From: Raja brachyura
Lineage: Eukaryota
DNA: 64,000 bases
Direction: 5' to 3'
Assembly: GCA_963514005.1 (NCBI GenBank)
Contig: OY740802.1
Coordinates: forward strand, 24,552,001-24,616,000
Shown: positions 37,231 to 50,470 of the stretch, in pieces
Numbering within the stretch: the first letter of the stretch is position 1
Layout of the letters: each line of letters begins with the position of its first letter
Position numbers and translations under genes: made by a program
The notes under the pieces: generated by a model
Databases searched by the model: none
The model's input: the letters and a program-made list of their open reading frames with translations, nothing else
Told to the model about the DNA's origin: nothing

Positions 37231-38437
37231 AACCCTTGATGCATGATCATGGAAAAACATGAGACTAACAACTAGTGTGTATGACTGTACTTAATCTTGT
37301 TTGTCAGCAGATTTCTAACTAAATTGAAGTTCCATGTAATGGTGTTAATTTCAATGTGAGCATTGTCATTATCACTTATTTGAAGGAACCGAATTTTTCT
37401 CATCGGTCCATATTTGCCATTTGAGGTTTGTTAAAAGTACTGAATAGAAAGATAATTAGTCTGTTATTGACCCAAATCCAAGGCTGAAAACACATGGATG
37501 ATCAGTTGGTCAGAAGAGTGGGTTTAAACTACATCTGAAAAGAAGAGAATAAGGAGTAATTTCAAGAGAGAATTAGAGTTTTGAGATCTCATTTACCAGT
37601 ATTCCATTCATATGCTCATGACCTATAGCATGAAGCTTATTATTTAACTTGTTCCTTTAACTTGTTATTTATCATTTTTTCTGTTCTGTGCTCTCATCCA
37701 TGCAGCTCTCTTTATCTACCCTTCCCACCTTTCTCCCCTCTTTCCATCTTCTATCCCCTCTTCCTGTCTTTCTCCTTCCCGCTTTCTCCCTCCCTCCCTG
37801 CCTTTCTCCTCCTCCTTCCTGCCATATATATTTTACATGCAGCAGTGGTAACAAATTGGAATCAATAACTAATCTTTTTGCATACAAGATATAATTGGTT
37901 CAATAGGCAGAATCATCAATTAAAAAAATAACGTATTGATGTCCTGCAGATTTCTTTGTGGGATTCATAATAGCAGTAACATTACAGAACATTTGCCATG
38001 ATTTACTCGGTTTAGCTTCTGCATCAAACGTTAATTGATGTATTTTGTGAGAAGTTAAATTTTTGATGTTTGGTACTTGAAATAATTCAATTGAAATTCA
38101 TCACTACAATCTCCTGAAATTGTCAACATTCTGCCTTATTCATAAATGCCATTTATAGTGGAACTATCGCTGGTGTTGTGGTAAAGGAAATGGCATGTGA
38201 AGAGAAGACCGTTGCTTTAGGTAGAATTAATAGATTGTTCAGAATTAAATAATTATTTAGGATAATCTCAGAATTTTTTGCCCCTCCCGCAATCTCAACA
38301 AAAACCCTGAAACTGTAGGTGAGCTGAGCAAAATGTCTAATAAGGGGCAAATAGTTTGAATTATCTGCTTATCAGGAATTAAAAATATATAATATCTCCA
38401 CCAATTAAACAAGAAATGCATTTCTAGAATTAAGTTG

Positions 38438-38579
38438 TGTAGGAAGGAACTGCAGATGCTGATTTACATTAAAGATAGACATAAATACGAGAATAACTCA
38501 GCGGGTCAGGCTGAAACTCTGGAGAAAATCCAGAAATGCTGCCTGACCGGCTGAGTTACTCCAGCATTTTGTGTCTATG
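38438..38579. mobile_element. Fold-back (inverted) Penelope-derived repeat with 16-bp TSD
   Basis: taactcagcgggtcagg ... cctgaccggctgagtta are reverse complements; flanked by ttctagaatta(a/g)gttg. Confidence 0.78.
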
Positions 38580-41500
38580 TTCTAGAATTAGGTTGACGGT
38601 TTCATGACTGACATAAATTAAAGCAGTTACAAAAGCTGGAAACAGAATCGCCAAATTTTAAAACCAATGTGCTAAAGCATGAGGAAATTCTGAGCCAATT
38701 CAGAGCATCAGTGCATTCCTTACAAAGCAACGGTATTAAGATTAAAAGCACACTTTACTCCTAAACGATTGGTGTAGAAAATATTGTTCATGATGGAAAA
38801 TGGCAATGAATGAGACTGAATCAGTACCTACTAGCTTTGGATTGGCATAATCAAATTGGAATTTAACGTGACAGGTTTTTTTTTACAGATTTATATTAGA
38901 GATGAAGAAAAATGGAGTATGACCCCTAAATTTGGATCAGGCATGATGCATGCTGCAGAGGTGCTAAATGGATTTTTGCCTTGATTTTACTAAGCAAGTC
39001 AGTGTATTTTACAGGAGAAGAAACCCAGAGGCTCTTCTAGAGATTTGTGGTTATTCATGTCATCAAGGTTGCCTTTGAATTTGTTGGGTAAACTGTTTCC
39101 TGACTTTAAAAAGGCATGTATTCAATTAGCCAGAAGGCCTAACAAATCATTCAAAAAGAGGAAGATGATGCTCCTATCTTTTCTAAATGGGGGAAAAAAA
39201 GAACATTATCCAGGAAACTACAGACCATTGTTTCAACATCCATTCTGGTTAAACTATTGAACTCCTTATAGATAAGATCATTCAGCATTGGGATAAAGGT
39301 AAAGTTCTGGCTAGCAAATTCAAGTTCCTGACAAACCAAGCTTTCTATGGTGTGACAACACAACTCGATTCGTACGGTGGTGGGTGTAGAATACTTGAAT
39401 TTCAGTAAGGCATTTGAAAGTATTCCCATGGAATGATTAATACCAAAAATAATATTTTATGGATGGACAGTAGGTTAGATAAATCACAGCAGGTGTAGGG
39501 ATTTTACTCTAGCATACGTGAGGACCTTATGGATTTAGTGCTGGTTGCTTACAAAGGGAAGACACTGACTCATAGTCGAGTGAGGACGGTACCTACCTTC
39601 TCCAGGAGGAAAGAGAGTAAGTATAGGATTTTGCCGTGGGGGTTGAGGAAGAGACAGCGGGAAATGAACCAGGTAGCGTTTTGTTGAAGGGATTAAATAA
39701 ATGTAACATTACAAAGTTATTCTGAAACCAGGAAGTGCAGATGCTGAGATACAAAAAAAACACAAAGTGCTGGAGAAACTCAAGTGAGTCAGGCAGCATC
39801 TTTAGAGGATAGTGATAAGTGATGTTTTGGGTTGGGGCCCTTTGGACTGATTGTAGTAAGGGGGAGAAACATGGAAAAGAGGTGGGTCGTGGGAGCAGAG
39901 TAATGCCTGTGATTTCAGTAACACCATCCTTGGTGCGATCTCGTTTTGACAAAATGAAGATGTTAACTCCACTAATAAAAGCTTACTTTAACACAAAATC
40001 ACCATTCTTTTGGAAGTGGAAGAACATGGGATCTGTGGGGAGAATTAAAGTCTCCTTGAATCAACTGGGTTCTAGGTGAACCAAATCTTGCCTCCATTGT
40101 CCTGACTTGGCTGTATGGGGGAAATACTTCAAATTTCTACTGCCTTCTTTGTAACGAGCCACTTCCAAAGATCAACTTGAATCTTCTAATTTTAAGGCTG
40201 TGCCCCACTTAATTTGGTTCTCCTACCAGAGGAAATGTGCAAAAGCTTCTGTTTTCTATTCTTTTTTTTTGGCTTTCTACAAAACATCCATCATCTGTTG
40301 AGGAAGATCTCAGCAATTTGACCTGGGTTTTGAATTTCCTTTTCCCATGTCTAACTCTACTTCCGTGAATGGTGTACATTGTCCACATTACAGACACTCT
40401 CCCTACATACTGTTATCTCACCAGAAAAAGGAACTGCCAAGAAGAAACAATCATCCTCTCTTTCTCTCACAGGTAGGAAAATGTCACACTTCACTGCCTC
40501 ATATTGTACTCAGGTTTGTAGTGATCATTCACAAAATTTAAAAGGAGTATATTTTCAAGTGATTAAAAGTACTGCAACTGCCTTGATATCCTGTGATTCT
40601 CTCTTGTGGACCTGGAATCCCATCTTCTGCACTGATTTGGAATACACCTATCTAAATGAGCTGATGATACCCACAGCAACGTTACACACTCAAGTCCTAA
40701 TTTTGTGATCTCCTTGAGTTTCGTGGATGGATACAAGTTTGCACCCAACAGCTGTGCGACTTCTTGTGGGCAAAATGTATTAAGTAAATTGATGATATAG
40801 TCATGAAAAACACTGATGTAATCCATACATTTTAGAGCATAATATCTTACTGGGGGCAGCATGCAATTTATTGTTTAAACACCTGTGTTTATTTATATAT
40901 ATATATATTTTGTCTAACACTAGTGACTGAATTGACTCCTGCAATTCATACAATTAATGGTTTCTCCACAATAATAGGAGAAAGGTGAAGGTTGAAAGTG
41001 GTTACGTTCCCAACCGCCTACCGCCAACCGCCCCTTTAATCTGAAGCTCTGGGTTTAGGGAGATGTAATTGAAGAAGCCTTGGTGGGTTCCTGTAGTTAG
41101 TGCACTCTTTGGCCACAAGCGTTGTTCACCGTTGGCAATTAAGTTAAAGGGTTGTTCTAGAAAATTACTAGTTCTTTTTTTTGGGGGGGGGGAAGATTGT
41201 ACTAATTATAAGGGGGTTCATTTTGAAGCAGTCTCATTAATCTTTACAGATGAGTTTCAACTGGGGTAAACAAAGAACCCAGAGCACCATTCATGTTCTG
41301 AAATGCGCATAATACACGGAAAACTATAACTGAGAACTGAAAAATAGTGCTGTCAGATCTTGTATTCCACTATACAAGCAAGACCCCTTTCTGCCCCTGC
41401 AGCAGTTCAAAACAAAAGCAGCAATATGTAGATTTAAAATAGGGCTTGCACTGTAATTAAAGCAAAAGATTGAGCAATGCACCTCAGACACTGCCTCAGA

Positions 41501-41753
41501 ATCACTTGACCATTAATGACTGAAGATTTCATTTCATTAAATGCTTATCCAAAAGTTGAGTGACGCTCTTCCTGAAGAAAACAACATGTATCAGGAGGAA
41601 TACAACCGACTTTTTGTGTAACACTGCACGTTATCGTGGGAAATGTTCCCTCTGAGTAACATAATTTCAAGTGTATACAAGTTCTTTTTTGCACATACCA
41701 TCTTCAATGCACGCAAGGATCATCAAGGATCTGCAAACAAGGTGTCCCATCAA

Positions 41754-41847
41754 TCTGAAGAAGCGTCTCGACCCGAAACGTCACCCATTCCTCCTCTCCA
41801 GAGATGCTGCCTATCCCGCTGAGTTACTCCAGCATTTTGTGTCTACC
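41754..41847 (+). mobile_element. Penelope-derived hammerhead-motif repeat
   Basis: Nearly identical to the 21574 copy, with one stem II mismatch. Confidence 0.8.
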
Positions 41848-43980
41848 ATCCCATCTGACCAGTCAAGTGAAGTCTACAACTGGATGGATGTTCTATTGTC
41901 CATTGTTTCTTTAAACTACATGGACATAGTTAATTGACAGAAAACAAAAGTATTGTGGTCTCTGCCTGGAAAATGGCTATTGAACTCAAAATTATCTAAG
42001 GAAGTATAATAATCTCATAGTAATGCACATCCAAACTCGATCATCCTCCTAAAATCCACTGTATAATTATGCGCTATTATTGAGAGGAATCTAAAACATG
42101 GTCTGCTGACATATCCTCGGCCCCAAAATACATTTTTAAGCCTTTATATTTGCTTGAAACATGGCTTTGGCTGTTTTTTCTGCCCCACTCCCCCCCTGTG
42201 CCACATACCATTTCATATAATTTAGTAGAAAGCCAATTGAGGTTTGGCTAGAATCACTGCACGTAATTAGAATAATGCAAGCTGCAAGTACATTTTATTT
42301 TTAAGAATTTTAAGCATTTTACTTTTTAGGCATCCCTAGTTTAAAGTCTCATGAAAGTGTCAAGTTTTGAGGCATCCCTTTTGCCACCTTTTCCTCTTAT
42401 GAAAAGGGCCACTACAAAGGTTCAGGCTAAACAGGTTTTGCCTAACCACTTAACCATTGTCTACTGGCTCATTTGTAGACATTTTGCCATGATTCTCTGA
42501 GAATCCACAAAGCCATTCTCCATCACAAATCAAATTAAGATGCATGGTGACAACCAAATTGTAGGTACTATTCACACATTTGCCAATGGGCATTACTCAT
42601 CTATTGGTGTAATATATACTTTAGCTAATGCTATAATTAAGGATCCTTTTTATTTTTTAAACCTTTGCAAAACATATCTTTTGCTCTGCATCTTTCATAG
42701 GTATCCCATCGATTATATAATTTATGATGAATTTGTAACAATCATCTTAAAGTTGAATATATATATATACACACATACATACACCTTTAAGTCCAATTCA
42801 TTTTAATGTTTTTGGTAACGTTGATGAGCAAAATAATTCCAAACTACTATCTTCCTCTGCCTGTTGGTTAATTCCTGTTCATTCTAAAAGGTCCTCATTC
42901 ATATTGTATGGGTTTTTTTTTGTCCTGAGTGTCCTTACTCACAGAAATATTTTCTCCTAATACATTGCCCCTTTGGAGTTAATTGAAGAAGTGCCATCAG
43001 CACGATGCAGCCATTTTTTCTTAGCTATCAGCTGTTAAATACCCTTTAGTTTTCTGGTGCTTCAATTTGTCTCTTACTGGAAAATACCCAAACAGGACAA
43101 CATTAACAATGGGTGGCTCGCCATAAACATTCAATCAAGATCTTGTGGGTTATGTTGATTTGGTTACTAACTGTTGCATTAACTGGTGTAGATGTATTAG
43201 TTCATCGCCATCCCCCCCCCCCCCCCCCCCCCTGCATTGAGGCCATGATATAATAAGAGCTCTGTGTTACATGCACTTTCTATACTTCATGCAACATTAC
43301 CATTCCGTAATGTTTCTATGTTTTCTCTAGCTGATGTCTCCATTCTACAGAATAAGCAATGAAATTGCCTCATGTAGACGTGGCTGCTGTTATTTATCAC
43401 AAATTATCATTGCTACTTGCATAGTGATCTTGGGTATCTTCTGCCATGATGTGAAAGTGAATGAAAGCTACTTCTATACGATGAGCAGTACTTCATCCAG
43501 TTGTATGCACATCATTAGACAGTGGGCCACACAATTTGCTTTTTGAACGACAAGCTATAAAAACAGCACTATTTGTGGCCAAGTGCCAACGTGGACAGGA
43601 TACTCTGCCAAATATTCCCCCTTCACGTACGTGTTCCTCTTGCACTTCAAAAAATTATTAAATGTTTTAAGGAAAGGTAAAGATGAGTATTTCAGTATCA
43701 ACGTCGGAGTGAAATCAAAACAATCCATCAAGGACAGTATTCAATGCAATGGCATTCTGTCCAAGAAAATCATTTTTAATTAGGAAAATGCAGGAGGAAA
43801 ACAAGCAACATAACACCCAAATTGTAAGGCAATAATTTGGGTTACAGGTAGGGTTTCACCCATATTAGAAAAATCAGCCAAGATTGCTTGGATTTTAAAG
43901 TGTAGAGGACTGGGGAGTACTTGTATCACAAGTGTGAGTCACACTGCCAATCTGCCTTGCAAAAATCCAGCAAATGATCT

Positions 43981-44345
43981 ACATAGAAAATAGGTGCAGG
44001 AGTAGGCCATTTGGCCCTTCAAGCCAACACTGCCATTCAATTTGATCATATCTGATCAACCAGAATCAGTACCCTGTTCCTGCTTTCTCCCTATACCCCA
44101 TGGTTCCGCAAGCCCTAAGAGCTATATCTAACTCTTGAATACACCCAGTGAATTGGCCCCCACTGCCTTCTGCGCCACAGATTCACAACTGTCAGGGTGA
44201 AAACGTTTTCCCTCATCTCAGTCATAAATGCCCTACCCCTTATTCTTAAACGGTGACCCCTGGTTCTGGAATCCCCCAACAAGGGGACCATTTTTCCTAC
44301 ATCTAGCCTGTCCAATACCAAGAATTTTATATGTTTCTATACGAT
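43981..44345 (-). mobile_element. CR1 3' end
   Basis: DSRTRGHRLRIRGRAFMTEMRENVFT..VVNLW on the minus strand; catagaaaataggtgcagg tail. Confidence 0.88.
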
Positions 44346-45869
44346 TGTTCTCTAACAAACAACTTGACCTTGAATGGTTAAAAATGGCCATAAACTTGCA
44401 AAATCAGCATGTGGCTGCCATACTGGATGTATTATGACTGGCATATCTTGCCACAGAGCTTTAGAAAATGGTCTTGAAAGTGATTAAAGAGCAGTAAAGA
44501 AATTTGAGGGGCAAAAAGCTTTCTGTATTAGGTGCCTGGAGCATGCTGCCAGAAGTGTTTAAAAAGCTTTTATGTAGGCACATGAACATGGAGGAAGATG
44601 CATCATGTGCAGGCAGAAGGAATTAATTTAATTTGGTACATACATCATAGACCATAGGACCTGTTCCTCTGCAGTACTATTCGATTTTTTAAGTTTTATG
44701 ATTTTTCAATATTTATGGGTTAAAGATTGTAAACGTTCCTGTGTAGATACCAAATTGATTCACTTTTATTGATGCTGCCAGGGAGCCTTTTTGATAAATA
44801 AGGACAAACTACTCATCTACTGTGGTCTAAAGGAGACCAATTATGCACCCAGAGGGTTTATCTGCAAACTGCATTTTGAACAAATGTCATATTGGCAAGT
44901 CTTTAAAAAAAAAAAAATAACATGGTAAATTATCTTTAAATTCTGCCATTCTGTATCGACCTTAAGTGAGGAGAACCTGCCCCTTTGACCTGCACATAAC
45001 ACCACATTATTGACTCACTCGTGCGCTCTAAAGTGGTTCGTCAAACCACTTGGTAGTGTGTACTTCTGCTCAAGGAAAGCACGGGGGGGGGGGGGGGGGG
45101 TGGGGGGGGGGGGGGGGGGAATTAAAGAATAGTGAATATACATAGATATTTTGTTGAGTTTTCTGATGAGCTAGGAAGCTGTCAAAACCTTCCCAGATTT
45201 AGTTACAGAATAAAATGGAAAAGACAGGAAGATAAGAGCAGTATAAATAGGACAGGCATGACATTTGAATTGGAGGAGAGGGTTGGTACTGAAATACAAG
45301 GCTTTTACGTTTTTTTTCCTTATCTGTTCTATGGATTTGAAGGATTTTACAGAGATCTCATTGGTGGTACTTATTCAGTGTCTTCTGAGGTTGTCTATGG
45401 TAGTTTGTTCCATTTCTCAAATCATATAGGAAACCGGGAACATTCATTCAGTACACCTTGAGCTTAGTGCCTGGTTTCTATTGGTCTTCGAGCACTCTTT
45501 TCCACTATCAACCAACCAAAGGTCGTGTTGAAGGCAGTGGTAAATTTGATCATCCGTATCTACCTTTGCTTGGCAATGGATCTTAAAATATAGAAAGTGA
45601 TCCCTTTTTCTTGATTTGGTGAGAATCAATATTTGTCAGCTCGGGGTTGAAGAAGTTTTATTCCTGGAGTTGAATCATTGTTTGGGGTAGGGTGATCAGC
45701 TTTATGCAACAGAGCAGGTTGGTGGAAGACAATTATTTTTCTGCTACACATTGTAATGCCCACACGTTTGCCCACTATAGTGAAAGAAATGAATAAGGTT
45801 GAAATGCATTTGGTTGGTTCTGTCTATGCCAGTGGGAAGTTGATCTGAGGCGGGGTACAGTTTTGAAGG

Positions 45870-46050
45870 AAGAATGAGACCAAAGACACAGAAGTAAAAA
45901 TAAGGTGCTAAAGTGACAGGCCTGTGAAAGCCTGGGGTGATCCTTGCATATGGAATGGAAGTGTTCTTCAAGGCATCACCCAATCTGCGTTTGGTTTCTC
46001 GGTGTAGAAGAGACCACATTGGGGAAGAGAGACAGTGATGAGAGATTGAA
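45870..46050 (-). mobile_element. Degenerate Penelope GIY-YIG fragment
   Basis: LLHRETKRRLGD echoes YIGETKRRLGD of the 3091 copy. Confidence 0.6.
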
Positions 46051-46922
46051 ACGTAAGCATGTAGCCTTACTTTATTCAAATTAGCTTTGGAAACAAGGTA
46101 GAAAGCAATCTTTGTTTCAGAAAATGTCCATTAAGTAGCTTGATAGACAAAGTGCTGGTGAGGCAGCATTTCTGGAGAAAAAGGATGGGTGGAGATGCTG
46201 TCTGACCCACTGAGTTACTCCAGCATTTTGAGTCTATGGTATAACCCAGCATCTGCAGTTCTTTGTTTCTCCACTTAGCTTGGTTCTGTAATAGTACTGA
46301 ATTAAATTTATGCTTCATAGTTGCTCATTAAAGCAGACACTATTTTACCCATCCTCAGTCTGTACGTGAAAGCAGTTTTATTGGCACTAGAAAAACGAAT
46401 CACTGGTAAATTAGGTAACATCGTTTCTCATAGATGAGGGCAAGATTAATGCCATGCAAAAGTATTCTGCCAACAGGAATAGAAAAACTAATTAACTGAC
46501 ACCTAGAGAATAAAAGCAGGAAAACTGGATTTGGAAAAAATGAAATTGAGGAAATAAAAGATCACATCCTATTTTGTGATATCTTTCCAATTTGTATTTA
46601 GTGAGTGCAGCAACAACAACAAAAGCATTTCATTGCTCTGTTATGATTGTAGGTTTACATGATGGGATAAAATTATTCTTTATTTCTCCAAATTTTATTT
46701 TATATATTTTTTTCTTTATGTATTTTTCAATTTTTCTTTAGAAAATTACTATAGGACCTGAATCCAGTGCATTTTAAATTGCATTCTGAATACAAAATGT
46801 GTAGATTACTGTTTTGGTTAACTGTTGTGCTAGACTGCAATTTGTACATCAGGTAATGGTGGTTGTGATTTTTGTCATATTTATCAGCTTTTCAAATGAC
46901 AAAAAAAAATTCTGTCCTTCAG

Positions 46923-47052
46923 GAGCAAGAAGATGCACGCCCTACTCAGAAGACCAATCTCCCGCTACCTGACATCTTCAACAGCATGCTTAAAGACACG
47001 ACGAATGAACATCGAGCCCACCTGTTTGATCTGAACTGCAGAATCTGTACAG
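46923..47052 (+). CDS. DIDO1: DIDO1 exon (HxxH-CxxC motif)
   Basis: DIFNSMLKDTTNEHRAHLFDLNCRICTG; ccttcag| acceptor and g|gtaagc donor. Confidence 0.96.
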
Positions 47053-48266
47053 GTAAGCAACACAAGGACATTTTGGGATATATCATGACCACTACTCAGT
47101 GCAACTGGTTTGTGAGAATAAAACATGCACCTCAATTATCGTCATGCTATGAGGCAAAGGGGAAAATGGCTGTAATACTGCACAGATAATCCAGAGACTA
47201 ACCAACAAATGGAGTTCTAGCCCCACTATGACAGCTGGGTCATTTAAATTTGGTTAAATGAATGAATTTGGAATAAAGAACATGTGTCAGTAAAGATAAC
47301 TGAAACTACCGGGTTCAAGATAAGAACACATCTAGTTTATTAGATGTTGGAGAATCCCATTCATTCCTTTTGGCCTATATATAACTCCAGACTTAAAACA
47401 TTGTAGTTATCTCTTAACCCCTCTGAAATGGTCTAGAAAGCCATTCATTTTTGGTTAAAACTACTGTACATAATTTGAGTAATGTTCAAGAAACTGGCCA
47501 TAACCTCACAGTCAAACTAGATATAGAATAAATGTATAAATGTCCCTCGTTTATACTATGACATTTATGTATATAACAGGTATAAACAATACTTTTCAAT
47601 CGATCACATCTGATTATTCTTTAAAAGGGCCATTGAATTAATCCCTCTCACACAGAGTGTTGTAGGGTTTCTCTTTTGAGGTATTTATCTGATTTAAGAT
47701 TTCAATCACGATCCCAAGCAATGTAGTTACAGCATCACAACAAGCTGATTTTTTAAGTGTTGGGTGGTAAATCTGTTTCAAGCTTATACAAAGTACAAGG
47801 TGCTGGATTAACTCAGCAGGTTGGGCGACATCTGTGGAGGAAATGGATTGTCAGGTCAGGACTCTTCTTCAGCCTGATTGCAGTATGGGGTGGAAAAAAG
47901 TTGGAAAAGAGGTCGGAGTGGGCACAGACCGGCACGTGATAGGTGGATACAGGTGGCGTGTGGGGGTTGGTTGGGAGATCAGACTGAATAATAGTTATAT
48001 TATCAGTGATACAAATATAAATTAAAAAGCCGTAATGAAAAATATCAGCTGGAATGTCAGTGATTACATTTGAAAGTTACTGTTTGAATGTGATCAGGTA
48101 TATACTTGAATAGGGAAACCTTGCAAAGAAAAGTGGGGCTACTTTGCTTGGACCAAATGAATTCCGTGACATATTCCAGGGATAATGCATAAATTGTAGT
48201 AAAATCGACTATGTACTTAAAAACCAAGGGTTAAGTTATCTCATTTCTTGATTTGCCCACATTTAG

Positions 48267-48786
48267 GTAAAGTTCAAGTCTCGGACGATGAGCCAGTGCC
48301 TAAAAAGCCAAAAGTGATAGCCAGAAAACCAGAACCAAAACCAAAACCAAGAGCCAACGTGAGGCAGCAGCATGAACAGGACCAACGAACATTGACTGCT
48401 TCACCACCGAGTGAGCAGCCTGCTACAACCCAAGAAGTGACTCCTCTTTCCAATACATCAGAAGACCTGCCAACTACCAATGTGGTTACTACACAGCTCG
48501 CTTCAAAACCTGCCCGCAGTTCCTTCATGTCACCAGTCAATGATCCAACCTGGGCTGCTGTGGCCAACCCACCATCCACCATTGTAGTTTCCAGCCTTAG
48601 TGCCCCTAGTGTCCCAAAGACTATATTTTCATCTTCAATGCCAACTGCAGTTTCTGGGACAATGAGAACTGTTAAAAAAGATGAAGAGGACTTACCAAAA
48701 TCCATCCTGACATCTGCAGTTCCAAAATCTATACTGTCAAAACCATCAGGGCCATCTGAGCAAAAGTACAGAGTATCAACAGCAAG
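48267..48786 (+). CDS. DIDO1: DIDO1 exon: Pro/Ser/Thr-rich linker
   Basis: DDEPVPKKPK ... VPKSILSKPS match DIDO1; tttag| acceptor (phase 1) and ag|gtgtgt donor (phase 2, fits the next exon). Confidence 0.9.
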
Positions 48787-49219
48787 GTGTGTAAGGAGAC
48801 ACAGGTCTTTTATCTCAAATATAGCTGTCAAAATAATGCAGCAAATTTGCAAACAAAATAATTCCAAATAGGTTTGAGAATAAATTTATATTCAGAAGCT
48901 GGGTGGCTAATGGTGCAACCATTCATCTTTAACTTAACATCACTATTTGGATCCCATTAGTACATTTGGATAATGTGTTTTTTTTTAATGGGGTTGTCTG
49001 CCAGTACACAAAAGCCAGCTGGATGTAGCTACTGGAATTTAACATAAATTCTAAAGTACTGGTTGAAGCTGAGGCAGAAATTCCAATTAGCTTTACACTT
49101 CTCTCAGCTAATTAGCTGTTTTACTCGTATCACGAACAAAACCCCAGTGCTTCTCTTTCTCCCTTACCTTAAATTCTTCCCATTATAGTGGAAAACCTAT
49201 AGATTCAGCAATTAAGCTT

Positions 49220-50470
49220 TAGATTTGGCAAATGCAAAGTGATGCATTTGGAAAGTCAAATTGGCATCGGACATACACAGTAAATGGTTGGGGCACTGAG
49301 GAACGCCGACAAACAGAAGGATCTTAGCGTTCAAGTCCATAGTTTCTTGAAAATTGCAACATGGTTGATGAATATAGCACGCTATCCTCATGGATCAGAG
49401 CTCGGATATAACAATTTGAATATTATGTTGGAACTTTATAAATCGTTGGTTAGGCTGCATTTAAAAACCATATGACATAGGAGCAAAATTTGGCCTATTG
49501 ACTCCACTCTGCCATTCGATCATGGCTGGTATATTATTCCTCTCAACTCTATTTTCCTGCCTTCTCCCGTAACCTATGATCCCCTTACTAATCAAGAACT
49601 TTACCAATCTCTGCTTTAAAGATGGCCAATGTCTTGACCTCTGCACCATTCTGTGGCAATAAATTCCCCAGATTCATCACCCTCTGGCTAAATAAATTCC
49701 ACCATCTTCATTCTAAAGGTGCTTCCTTTTATTCTAAGAGTGTGTCCTCTGGTTCTCGCCTCCCATTACTGGAATTATACTTTCCAAGTCCACTCTATCT
49801 AGGCCTTTCATTATCGGGTAGGTTTCAATAAGAACCCCTTCTCATCCTTCAAAACTCCAGTGAGTATAGGCTCACAGCCTTCAAGCACTTACCATACATT
49901 AACCCAATCGTCCCTGGGATAATTCGTGAATCTCATCTGGACCTTCTCCAACACCAGCACATCCTTTCTCAGATAGGGGGACTAAAACTTCTCATGATAT
50001 TCCAAATATGGCGTCACCATAGAAAGAATGTGATTGCATACTTCCAGATGAATTTCAACTCTCAAATGATGTGGATACGAAGCCAAAGGTAATAACCTGG
50101 AAATCAGAACCAAAACCGAGGTATTGTGAGATACCAGCAAAAACGAGACCAAGGAATAGTGACCATAAAAGCATCCTGCTTCAACCCAAGAAGTGAAGAC
50201 CCCCTAATGCATCAGTGAAATAAGAGGCTTAAATAGGGTAGATTAAAGGAGATTTGAGGAGTGTTTTTTTACACAGTACTTAATGCCTGGAACTCTGCTA
50301 TACCAGATACACCATGTTTAATCATTATGCTTAAGAAGCATTTAGATAAGACACTTAAAGCCTAGAAGGGCATGGCCCTGACATGGACAAATGGGTTAGT
50401 GTAGCTGGGCAAAAAGGTCAGTATGGACAGGCCAAAAGGCCCATTTCTGTGCTGCATGATTCTTTGACTT
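49220..50470. mobile_element. + strand CR1 pieces with a - strand CR1 3' segment (~49470-50015) nested inside
   Basis: KDLSVQVHSFLK and MLELYKSLVRLHL on +; reversed tail ccattcgatcatggctg; + strand tail at ~50240-50470. Confidence 0.75.

Noticed and set aside
45083-45119. Long G-run as a functional G-quadruplex (also 13057, 43213, 4291)
   Set aside because: Homopolymer tracts are common here and their lengths are unreliable in assemblies; nothing supports function.
48787-48796. Alternative donor gtaagg at 48791
   Set aside because: It gives phase 0, incompatible with the phase-2 acceptor at 52598, so 48786 is preferred.
48274-48867. 197-aa antisense ORF (also 6473-6753 and 29398-29625)
   Set aside because: Shadow ORFs opposite real coding exons, with no recognisable motifs.
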